Source: Thermoplasmatota archaeon (lineage in GTDB: Archaea; Thermoplasmatota; E2; UBA202; JdFR-43). Taken from it: a stretch of 64,000 bases of DNA. Where the stretch lies: assembly GCA_029259015.1 (NCBI GenBank), contig JAPDJQ010000030.1, forward strand, positions 2,130-66,129, given 5' to 3'. Shown here piece by piece: positions 49,672 to 58,366 of the stretch (its first letter is position 1; each line of letters starts with the position of its first letter). The position numbers were made by a program, and so were the translations under genes. The notes below the pieces were generated by a model, which saw only the letters and a program-made list of their open reading frames with translations, searched no databases and had not been told where the DNA came from.

Positions 49672-51039
49672 ATGAAAAAAATCTGGCTGTTCTGCATAGC
49701 TCTCTTCATGGTAACAACTCCATTTTATAATGCAACATTTTTTGAGCAGAATGTTTCGCATAAATCCTTTTTAGGCATTGGTGATGATGTAGATCCTCTT
49801 GTAGACCTTTCCATAGATGTTGTCATCAAGCGAGTGAGAACAATAGATATAGACATTAATCAACCGCCATCAATTGTTGTAAAAGTAATAGTTAATGAAG
49901 AAAACTGGCAAAGCGAGACATTTCAAGGATTTGATATAATGAATTTGGGAACAGCTCATTTTGATATTCCTGATGACGAGGAAAAAGTGATTGTAACCAT
50001 CGATGTAATGAAGAATGGAGTGCAGGCAGATGTTAGCAGCAATGGAAACAGCTTGCAAATTATATATGATGTTTTAACTGGTGCATGGAACGGAGATGAC
50101 TGGCTTGGCGATGAAAGCGGCTATGGCCATGCAGGCGGACATGAGGATGGCGTTGTAAATGAAAGTGATTGTGAAATTTGGTTCGATATAGTTCAGAATG
50201 ATTATGATGGAGATGGTTTAACTTACTGGGAAGAAGTAAATGTATATGGCACAGATCCAACGAAAAGTGACCTTGGCAAAGATTATGATAATGATGGTGT
50301 GCCTATTGAATGGGAGGATAAATGGGGGTATGACCCATTTAAAGCAGAGGATCATTCAAAGCTAGATCCAGATAAGGACGGTTTGCAGAATGTTGAAGAA
50401 TGGCAGATGCAGGAATGGTTTGCAGATCCATTCAGGCAGGACATCTATATAGAGAATGATTACATGGAGGAGCATAATGGTATAAAACCGATGATGCCTG
50501 AAGAATCGCTGCAACTACAATATTCTGCTTTTACGAAACATAATATAATGTTGTTGGTAGACAATGGCTTAATGGGAGGCAGCGAAGAAATTCCTTATGA
50601 AGAATTGGATTGGGATAAACTGAATGAAATATATAACGACTATTTTCTGCATAATGATGAGAATAACCCCAGGAAAGGTATATTCCATTATGCTATAATT
50701 ATTCACGATTTCAAAGATTTCGGGAGAGGAGTGGCAGGATTTAATTTTAAGAGAGATGCTTTTGCCGTGTGCAGTGCCTATATCCAAAAATGGAGGCCGT
50801 GGGAAAATGCAATGAAAATAGCTCATGGAGGGGCTTATATGCATGAGCTGGGACATCAATTAGGGCTGCCACATTTGAGAGTATTCCCCTGGCAACTTCT
50901 TTACTGGCTTTCATGGAACTACAAAAGCTGTATGAATTACAGATATACATTCAAAATAGTTGATTATTCAGATGGAAGCCATGGCTTCATGGATAGAAAC
51001 GAATGGGATAATTTAGATTTGTCCAGATTTGAAAGATAA
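49672..51039 (+). CDS. Secreted metzincin-like zinc metalloprotease with DxDxDG Ca-binding repeats; intact HELGHQLGLPH motif
   Basis: HEXXHXXGXXH at YMHELGHQLGLPHL; CMNY downstream; DYDGDGLTYWEE, DYDNDGVPIEWE. Confidence 0.6.
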   Translation: MKKIWLFCIALFMVTTPFYNATFFEQNVSHKSFLGIGDDVDPLVDLSIDVVIKRVRTIDIDINQPPSIVVKVIVNEENWQSETFQGFDIMNLGTAHFDIPDDEEKVIVTIDVMKNGVQADVSSNGNSLQIIYDVLTGAWNGDDWLGDESGYGHAGGHEDGVVNESDCEIWFDIVQNDYDGDGLTYWEEVNVYGTDPTKSDLGKDYDNDGVPIEWEDKWGYDPFKAEDHSKLDPDKDGLQNVEEWQMQEWFADPFRQDIYIENDYMEEHNGIKPMMPEESLQLQYSAFTKHNIMLLVDNGLMGGSEEIPYEELDWDKLNEIYNDYFLHNDENNPRKGIFHYAIIIHDFKDFGRGVAGFNFKRDAFAVCSAYIQKWRPWENAMKIAHGGAYMHELGHQLGLPHLRVFPWQLLYWLSWNYKSCMNYRYTFKIVDYSDGSHGFMDRNEWDNLDLSRFER

Positions 51040-51146
51040 TGCAAGAATAGATTTCCAAAAAAGAATATAATGCAATAAAAATAAAAACAAAAATTGAAAA
51101 TAACTTTATATAATAATGAAGAATTTATATTTAGGGAGGCAAAAAT

Positions 51147-53714
51147 ATGAAAATAAAAAGATTATTGGTATTTTTGGCAGTATTAGTGTTTGTAAGCAAT
51201 CTTTTCTCTAGCATGACGAGAGGAAATGATGAAAGTTTTGTTGGAGAAGGTGCTACGTATACATGCATATGCATTGTTAATATAACATCTCCTGAAGATG
51301 AAAGCGTGGTTACAAAGCCAGAAATAACTGTTTCTGGGTATGCAAGTGAAGAATGTGGGATAGTGTATCTTAGTTATCTTCATAAATGGGAAAATGGCAG
51401 TTACAGAGAATCATGGAATATTGAAACTCCTGCCCCAACTTACGAATTTGAATTTCCAATTACACTACGTGAAGGATGGAACAGTATAAATGTAAGTGCT
51501 ATGGGGGCTTGTGGAGTAACAGGCTTTGATGAAATAATAGTATTTTATACTCCCGATACAGAGCCACCTAATATTTATATTGAATACCCTGTGAATGGAA
51601 GTGTAGTAACGGATACAATTATAAATATTATAGGAAGTGCAAGCGATAACACTGGCATCTCTTCATGGGGCTACATACATATATGGAATGGAGAAAGAAC
51701 TTCTCAAGTTTTTCCGCTTGAAATTTCACAGCAAAAAATCCAAATTGAGGCAAGCCTAGAGCTAAAAGAAGGGCAGAATATCATAAAAATTTTTGTTGTT
51801 GATGAGGCAGGAAATAACGATTCTGAAAGCATAGAAATTACGGTAGCTCCTGAAGAAGGATTGCTAATTGAATCTGTCTTCCAGCCTGTGCAGGTTGTGT
51901 ATCAATCAGATCCTCTATATGGTAATGATTTAACAGGAGGACCATGTACATGGGAAGCAAAACTTGGAATGGTTGCAGGGAAAAATACTTACTTATTTGG
52001 ATACCCATATAATGAAAGAAATGAAATCAAAATAAAGGTGCATAATAATTATAACACTTCCAAAACATTCAGCTTTGTTATCAAAATATATCCAGATGAT
52101 AAGGAAATATGGCGATCGAACCCTGTTACTGTTCCAGCCAAAACAAAAGTGACATTCAAATATCCTGCTCCTTTGCCAACCCAGCCATTCCAATGGGAGA
52201 GATGGGGAAGCAATCCAAAAATTAAGGAGGGAAGCATTGTATTATTTCTTGATCCAGATCCAACCAAGCCTCCTGCTGATTATCATTGCGAGAAAGTTAC
52301 AGTTAAAGTAAAGATATATTATACGCATGATTTAAAGGTTTTATTTGTTCCATTTACCTTCACCAATGGTCCAGATTTTCCAGATGATTTGAAAATTCCA
52401 GCAACTGGCTCAACTGCCTTTGACAGATGGAGATGGGATGATTTGGAGCCGTGGTGGCTTGCAGTTTACCCTGTAAGAGAAGAAGGACTTTCTACAGCTC
52501 GCTCTTGGCTCGGAAATCTTAAAAAGAGTGTGGTGGTAGATGGAATTAATGTTGATAGCTTGACTACATATAAAGGGCTTACTGCAAAGCAGAGATATAA
52601 AGTGAGACTGCAATTATACAGGGCTATGGTTGCCGCTTCATGGATGACTTTGTATGACAGAATAGTTTTTCTAGTACATCCAGATATTCTAGAAGGAGCA
52701 AATGGAATGGCAATTATATCGCAGGCAAATGGAAATTCCAAACAGGGAGTGATAGTGAATTGGAGCCAACGCTCTAAAACTGCCGTTCATGAAGTTAGCC
52801 ATACTTATGGCTTGGATGAATCCTATACAGCCGGCACGCCATATAAGGCGGTGGGCTACTGGGTTAATAGAAAAATAGATGTGCTTAATTCAGAAAACAA
52901 CAAAGATTTGATGTGGCGCACATATCCAATATGGGGAGCAACACAAAAATCATGGATTAAAAAGCCGAATTTTAAGATGTTGTTGCAGAGATTTAATCAG
53001 CAGAGAGATCCAGAAGTAGTTGGTATAGTTGGTATGATAGATAAAAACGATAGCATAACACTTTATCCATGGTATAAGATAGATGGCTATGTAGATATGG
53101 AATGGGGAGGATATGGAGATTATATTATCAAAGCATATGATGAAAATGGCAGTCTTATAAATGAAACAGGCTTTAATATTACTTTCATACTTAATATAGG
53201 AGATACTGGGGGAATAAAAGTAAATGAAACTATATTTTCTTTCCGCTTGGAATGGTTAGATGGCATAGCAAAAATAGAAATAGTAAATGCAACATCTGGA
53301 AAAATTCTGGCAGTGAGAAATGTAAGCGAAAATGCTCCTCAAGTCACTATAACATCTCCATTAAATGAAAGTGTGAAGAAAGGCTTATACACCATAAAAT
53401 GGGATGCATTTGATGCAGATGGGGATGAAATGTGGTTCAATTTGTTGATAAGCGAGAATGGCGAGGAATGGTTCCCACTTGCAATAGAAATACAAAACAC
53501 ATCATTTACTGCCGACTTTTCTATGCTAAATGGAACTTACAAAATAAAGGTGGTTGCAACAGATGGAATAAATACTGGAAGCGATATTTCACAATTTTTC
53601 ATTGAAATGCAAAAGGAGAAAGAGAAAAAAGGAATTCCAGGGTTTGATATAATCTTGTTAATTGGTGCTATATGCACGATAGTAGCAATTTCAGCAAAAA
53701 GAAAAAAGAAATAG
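51147..53714 (+). CDS. Large secreted cell-surface protein with PGF-CTERM archaeosortase signal and zincin-type HEVSHTYGLDESY motif
   Basis: Signal peptide; C-terminal GIPGFDIILLIGAICTIVAISAKRKKK; HExxH followed by LDESY (reminiscent of M64-type HExxH...L.DEY); Ig-like repeats. Confidence 0.6.
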   Translation: MKIKRLLVFLAVLVFVSNLFSSMTRGNDESFVGEGATYTCICIVNITSPEDESVVTKPEITVSGYASEECGIVYLSYLHKWENGSYRESWNIETPAPTYEFEFPITLREGWNSINVSAMGACGVTGFDEIIVFYTPDTEPPNIYIEYPVNGSVVTDTIINIIGSASDNTGISSWGYIHIWNGERTSQVFPLEISQQKIQIEASLELKEGQNIIKIFVVDEAGNNDSESIEITVAPEEGLLIESVFQPVQVVYQSDPLYGNDLTGGPCTWEAKLGMVAGKNTYLFGYPYNERNEIKIKVHNNYNTSKTFSFVIKIYPDDKEIWRSNPVTVPAKTKVTFKYPAPLPTQPFQWERWGSNPKIKEGSIVLFLDPDPTKPPADYHCEKVTVKVKIYYTHDLKVLFVPFTFTNGPDFPDDLKIPATGSTAFDRWRWDDLEPWWLAVYPVREEGLSTARSWLGNLKKSVVVDGINVDSLTTYKGLTAKQRYKVRLQLYRAMVAASWMTLYDRIVFLVHPDILEGANGMAIISQANGNSKQGVIVNWSQRSKTAVHEVSHTYGLDESYTAGTPYKAVGYWVNRKIDVLNSENNKDLMWRTYPIWGATQKSWIKKPNFKMLLQRFNQQRDPEVVGIVGMIDKNDSITLYPWYKIDGYVDMEWGGYGDYIIKAYDENGSLINETGFNITFILNIGDTGGIKVNETIFSFRLEWLDGIAKIEIVNATSGKILAVRNVSENAPQVTITSPLNESVKKGLYTIKWDAFDADGDEMWFNLLISENGEEWFPLAIEIQNTSFTADFSMLNGTYKIKVVATDGINTGSDISQFFIEMQKEKEKKGIPGFDIILLIGAICTIVAISAKRKKK

Positions 53715-53734
53715 AGATAAAGGATTTTCTCTCT

Positions 53735-54028
53735 TTATTCCACCTTTTCTATTCTTCCTTTTCTCCCTGTTGATATTTGAAGCTGGTTATTCCATTCTTT
53801 TACCCATCCATCTATTATTTTAATTGTTTCATTTATATCAACTAATTCTATTTCATCGTTCCACAAAGTAATCTGCACTGTATCTCCATTTTCATCCTGG
53901 CCAACCAAATCACAAACTCTAGCACTTCCTCCAAATCTTTTCATAACTTTTCTTGTCTCCTTCTTTTCAATTATTTTCAAAATAATTTCATCTACATTAC
54001 TATTCGGTCTTAATTCAGATACTTTCAT
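53735..54028 (-). CDS. OB-fold nucleic-acid-binding protein (SSB/RPA-like, 97 aa)
   Basis: Single OB-fold pattern (DLVGQDENGDTVQITLWND); size typical of short archaeal OB proteins. Confidence 0.45.
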   Translation of the reverse strand: MKVSELRPNSNVDEIILKIIEKKETRKVMKRFGGSARVCDLVGQDENGDTVQITLWNDEIELVDINETIKIIDGWVKEWNNQLQISTGRKGRIEKVE

Positions 54029-54167
54029 TTTATCCAGAAGAAATGTTGATTATGTATTTAAAAGCAACGCAAAAGAGTTTAAATGAAAAGAGATGGATGG
54101 CTTTATTGGCTTAACAGATGTTTTTAAGTTGCCTTTAGATATAAATATCTGCTTCTATTATGCCATT

Positions 54168-54884
54168 ATGACAGTTGGTGTGGTTACAGGAGGAAATAGG
54201 GGAATAGGAAAAGCTATCGCATTAATGCTTGCCAAAAATGGTTATGATGTTGTTTTTACTTACAGAAGTGGAGAGAAAGAAGCAATGGAAACAGCAGAAC
54301 AGCTTAGCCAGAACGGAAATGCAGAATTTCATAAAATGGATGTTACAAACTGGGAAGAGGTCAAGAAAACATTCGATAATATAGGGAATAAATATGGTGG
54401 TATAGATGTTCTTGTAAACAATGCAGGCATTGTAGGCAAATATACATCGCTTGATACAATAACTATAGAAGACTGGCAGAAAGTAATAGAAGTGAATCTG
54501 ACCGGTGTATTTTATTGTTGTAAAGCCGCCCTCCCATATTTAATTAAAGCAAAAGGATGCATCATTAACATGAGTTCGATAGCTGGCAAAGAAGGCGGCA
54601 GCATAGGCGCCCACTATGCAGCTAGTAAGGCAGGTGTGATAGGCATAACCTTTTCTTTAGCTAAAGAACTGGCTAAATATGGCATAAGAGTCAATGCCAT
54701 TGCGCCAGGTCCTGTTGATACAGGACTTTTAAGCGAAGAAATTAAAGAAAAATTGAAAGAGTTCTCTCCACTTAAAAGGATAGCAAAGCCAGAAGAAATA
54801 GCCCATGCAGTGAAATTTTTAATCGAAAATGAATATGTTACGGGAGAGGTAGTGGATGTAAATGGCGGAAGATACATGGACTAA
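54168..54884 (+). CDS. Short-chain dehydrogenase/reductase (FabG-like 3-oxoacyl reductase)
   Basis: TGGNRGIGKAIA, NNAG, catalytic S...YxxxK (YAASKAG). Start at internal Met; the ORF is open from 54093. Confidence 0.8.
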   Translation: MTVGVVTGGNRGIGKAIALMLAKNGYDVVFTYRSGEKEAMETAEQLSQNGNAEFHKMDVTNWEEVKKTFDNIGNKYGGIDVLVNNAGIVGKYTSLDTITIEDWQKVIEVNLTGVFYCCKAALPYLIKAKGCIINMSSIAGKEGGSIGAHYAASKAGVIGITFSLAKELAKYGIRVNAIAPGPVDTGLLSEEIKEKLKEFSPLKRIAKPEEIAHAVKFLIENEYVTGEVVDVNGGRYMD

Positions 54885-56072
54885 TCATTTCAGCAAATCA
54901 AGATTTTTCTCCAGTCTCCTTAGCTTTTTTTCCATTTTTTCCATCATTTTATTTGCTATTTCTACCAGAATCTTTATGTATTCCTCTCCTCCATAAATAT
55001 TTCCGTCTATGCCCAATGGTGCATCTATTCTTTCTGTGCCAAGTATTTCAACAACAATTTTCCCATTTACTGTCTTTATTGATGAATATTTAAAACCACT
55101 CTGATTCGCTATATTAAGCAATTTTTTGGCATCACCCATTGATATGGTAGAAACATGAAAAATAGGTGATTGCACCAGGAACCAGATTTCTCCTTTCTTT
55201 GCTTTTTTAAGTGCTTCCAACACTTCTTCAAAACTTACTTTTCTGTGCCATTTGCCAAGAAATCTGGCTTTTCTTTTTTGGCCGAATGAGGGTATTTCAA
55301 GAACTGCTATCCTGCCAGAGCAGCTGCTTGTTGTGAAAAAATCGCCTATTGCATTTATTTTTTTAACTATTGGCAGTGCTTTTTCATCTATCTTTCCTTT
55401 TTCAATAGCTTTTTTGAGTGATGAAATCGCTTTACTTCTTGCATTTAAAAAGCGGGAATTGAGCTTTTTTGCCTCCTTACTCAGCTGGAATAAAATATCC
55501 TTGAATTCTCCCTTTCTTATTCCTATCGCTCCCATTATTCCCATCAAAATTCCTGCTACAGTATCAGCAATTATGTCCCACATTGTATTTTGCAAACTAA
55601 CTTGTGCCACTGGCTCTCCGCCAGAAAAGACTTGATCAGAAATAAATTCGGCTATTTCCCACATTGCCCCCATGGCTATGGTAAAAATTGCTATGAAAAA
55701 GCCCATCATGACTAAATCCATGTGAATGCGGGGAGAAAAAACATCCAGAATGTATATGACGATTAAAGCAAAGAAAGCTACTATGGCAGATGCAAGAAAA
55801 TGGGCTATTTTATCATAAAAAGGCAGGGAATAGAGGTGTAGTACACCACCCCATACATGTAAGGAAATGGCAAAGACGAGCAAAAATTCAATGAGCCAGT
55901 GGACAGAGAATTTGATATTCCTTTTTATTATGATAGGAGATATTGCCAGTAAAAAACCGAAGAAACATGCAAAAGCCCATAACCAATCCTTCTTCCATAC
56001 ACTCCATACGCCCATTATGAAAAGAATTATTTCAAGCACCCTAGATAGTACAATCCATATTTTCTTTTCCAT
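54885..56072 (-). CDS. Fusion of a 5-TM membrane domain with a Taw3/TYW3-like (tRNA wyosine methyltransferase family) domain
   Basis: N-terminal 200 aa polytopic (YDKIAHF...WEIAEF); C-terminal DFFTTSSCSGRIAV motif characteristic of TYW3/Taw3. Confidence 0.55.
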   Translation of the reverse strand: MEKKIWIVLSRVLEIILFIMGVWSVWKKDWLWAFACFFGFLLAISPIIIKRNIKFSVHWLIEFLLVFAISLHVWGGVLHLYSLPFYDKIAHFLASAIVAFFALIVIYILDVFSPRIHMDLVMMGFFIAIFTIAMGAMWEIAEFISDQVFSGGEPVAQVSLQNTMWDIIADTVAGILMGIMGAIGIRKGEFKDILFQLSKEAKKLNSRFLNARSKAISSLKKAIEKGKIDEKALPIVKKINAIGDFFTTSSCSGRIAVLEIPSFGQKRKARFLGKWHRKVSFEEVLEALKKAKKGEIWFLVQSPIFHVSTISMGDAKKLLNIANQSGFKYSSIKTVNGKIVVEILGTERIDAPLGIDGNIYGGEEYIKILVEIANKMMEKMEKKLRRLEKNLDLLK

Positions 56073-56146
56073 AAAGATGAATCAGATAGAAAATTTATAA
56101 TCTTCTAACTTCAAAACTTTCTTAAAGCATTTCTATATTCTTTTTT

Positions 56147-58366
56147 ATGAAAAAGAGGGATTTGCTCGTCATAGTAGCAATAATATTTTTCCTTATCTCA
56201 CCATCATTAGCATTTTATGTGGTTCCTTCGATGAAGAGACTTCCAGATGATTTAAATGAAGTTATATACTATGATGGAAAACTTGGTATGCTCAATGAAA
56301 AAACACTTGAAATGGAGTACAGGGATGTAACAATAATAAGGCACATAAAGGCTTTGAGAGAAGAAAATGGAGTTTTGATTGTAAGGGAGGATATAGAAGT
56401 GAGAGATAAATATACAAATGAGGAAATAGAAGATTTCAGAATGACAAAGATATATGGTGTTGACCCATATACTACAGAAAATATAGCAGGATATGGAGAC
56501 TTGGACAGGCTAGGGCAGTGGCTCTTTCCGATAGGTGTTCAAAAGAAAAATTACGAAGTATGGAACAGCGATCTGGACGATGCCTGCAAAAAAGGTTATA
56601 TAGAACCAGAAGAGGCTGTTGCTACAGCTCATTTTTTGGGAGAAGAAGTCCGGGCAGGAATAAAAACTTACAAATATTATGGAAGCCAAGAAAACGTTTT
56701 TACTGGGTATCTTCCAACACTTCCAGAAGCAAAAATGTATTATGGCGGAGAAATCTTTGCATGGGTTGAACCTCAGACAGGCACAATAATAGATTTGCAG
56801 AAACATGTGAGTCAATATGCTGTTTTCCCCGATTTACATAAATTACCAAGTAATCTCAACATAAGTGTGTACTTGATTGGCAACATAAGCATGCTCAATA
56901 CCACCACTGCACAATATGAAAATTTCAATGTGACTGTGTGTAATCATGTGGAGGTTGAGAATGCTACAGAAAATTATTATTTGGTAAAAAACGAAGTTAT
57001 AGCTGAAGATGAAAATGGAAATAGAATAGAAGAACTTTGCTCCTCATCTGTAGATGCTGTAAATCCATATACTCTGGAGTATATACAGATGCTAAGCAAT
57101 AAAAAGGGACTGATGTCTTTTCCAATAGGTGTTCAGAAGAAAAATTATCTCCTCTGGAATCCAGATATAAATAATGTTTCTGTGGCTAAATACAAAGGCG
57201 AGGAGGAAATTGTTGGGTTGAAAGTTTACAAGTATGTGGTTGATGTTGATAACTATTATATTGGAAAGGAGAGCATAGAAGGAATGAGCGATAGATTTGT
57301 CGAGTTATACTATGATGGAACTACCACCTATTATGTTGAGCCTACTTCTGGCAGTATTGTTTATGTTGAAAAAACCGGCCAAGTAAATGCATCATTTCCT
57401 GATTTGCACACAATTCCAGAGAATTTCGCTGGAGAATTGAAAATGGAAGGAGAACTATGGGCGGTTACAGAAGGAAAGAAGAGCATAGAGATGATAAGAA
57501 AAATAAACGTTGAGAATGTTTATTGGGAAGAAGGAAATAAAGTTTTACTCTTAAAAGATGAAACAACAGTATATGACAGAAAAACTGGAGAAAAAATAGA
57601 TATTGCATGCAAAACAGAATACCATGGTGTATATGCCGACACCGCCGAAGAGGCAAAAAATTATGGAGATAGGCAGAGAGAAGGCTTATACACATTTCCT
57701 CCAGGAACAGAAAAAAGAAGTTATTTGATGTGGAATCCAGAAATAAATGCTCCTTCCGTGGTATATTTTGTGAGAGAAGAAGATCACAATGGTGTGCATA
57801 CCTATCTTTTCCAGACAAAGGAGGATAGAGTTGTAAAAGATGATACAATGGGTATGGAGATGACCGTCAGATATATAACAACAACAAATTACTGGGTTGA
57901 ACCAAATACAGGGATAGTAATTGACATGAAAAAAGAATCCGTCAAGGAAATAAATCCTTTGGAAACATTTCTTGGAATCAGGGGCTTATTCTGGATAGAT
58001 GTCTATAAATTAACCCTTTACTTCCCTGAAGATACACAGCAAGAAATGGCGGAGCAAGCAAAACAGATGATGGAACTTATTAAACTCTCAAATTCAAAAG
58101 TTCCTGCTTTGAAAGTTAATATCAAAAGCAAGGATTTGATTGGCAGCATAGAAAGTGCGAAAATGCAGAAGAAACAGATAGAAAAACTCTCAGGAAATAA
58201 AGTGAAAGTGCTTGACTTGACATACTGGACAAGCGAGAAATCAGTAAATCATATGGTGGAAAAGGCGCGAGAAGCATCCTTCCTGCTGATGTTCATGCAG
58301 ATAATAGTGCCTGCTTTCCTAGTTGTTGTGGGGCTGGCGATGATTGCGATATGGATAAGGAGATGA
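56147..58366 (+). CDS. Secreted, C-terminally TM-anchored surface protein with three ~200-aa internal repeats
   Basis: Signal peptide; repeats share FPIGVQKKNY..WN.....YVEP.TG.I.......FPDLH; C-terminal TM ASFLLMFMQIIVPAFLVVVGLAMIAIW. Confidence 0.55.
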   Translation: MKKRDLLVIVAIIFFLISPSLAFYVVPSMKRLPDDLNEVIYYDGKLGMLNEKTLEMEYRDVTIIRHIKALREENGVLIVREDIEVRDKYTNEEIEDFRMTKIYGVDPYTTENIAGYGDLDRLGQWLFPIGVQKKNYEVWNSDLDDACKKGYIEPEEAVATAHFLGEEVRAGIKTYKYYGSQENVFTGYLPTLPEAKMYYGGEIFAWVEPQTGTIIDLQKHVSQYAVFPDLHKLPSNLNISVYLIGNISMLNTTTAQYENFNVTVCNHVEVENATENYYLVKNEVIAEDENGNRIEELCSSSVDAVNPYTLEYIQMLSNKKGLMSFPIGVQKKNYLLWNPDINNVSVAKYKGEEEIVGLKVYKYVVDVDNYYIGKESIEGMSDRFVELYYDGTTTYYVEPTSGSIVYVEKTGQVNASFPDLHTIPENFAGELKMEGELWAVTEGKKSIEMIRKINVENVYWEEGNKVLLLKDETTVYDRKTGEKIDIACKTEYHGVYADTAEEAKNYGDRQREGLYTFPPGTEKRSYLMWNPEINAPSVVYFVREEDHNGVHTYLFQTKEDRVVKDDTMGMEMTVRYITTTNYWVEPNTGIVIDMKKESVKEINPLETFLGIRGLFWIDVYKLTLYFPEDTQQEMAEQAKQMMELIKLSNSKVPALKVNIKSKDLIGSIESAKMQKKQIEKLSGNKVKVLDLTYWTSEKSVNHMVEKAREASFLLMFMQIIVPAFLVVVGLAMIAIWIRR

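Noticed and set aside
43992-54028. Possibility that the secreted-protein island is an integrated element using the tRNA-Met 3' end as attachment site
   Set aside because: No integrase or recombinase gene, and no direct repeat of the tRNA 3' end, was found at the distal boundary (53715-54090). It is treated as a genomic island of unknown origin rather than a mobile element.
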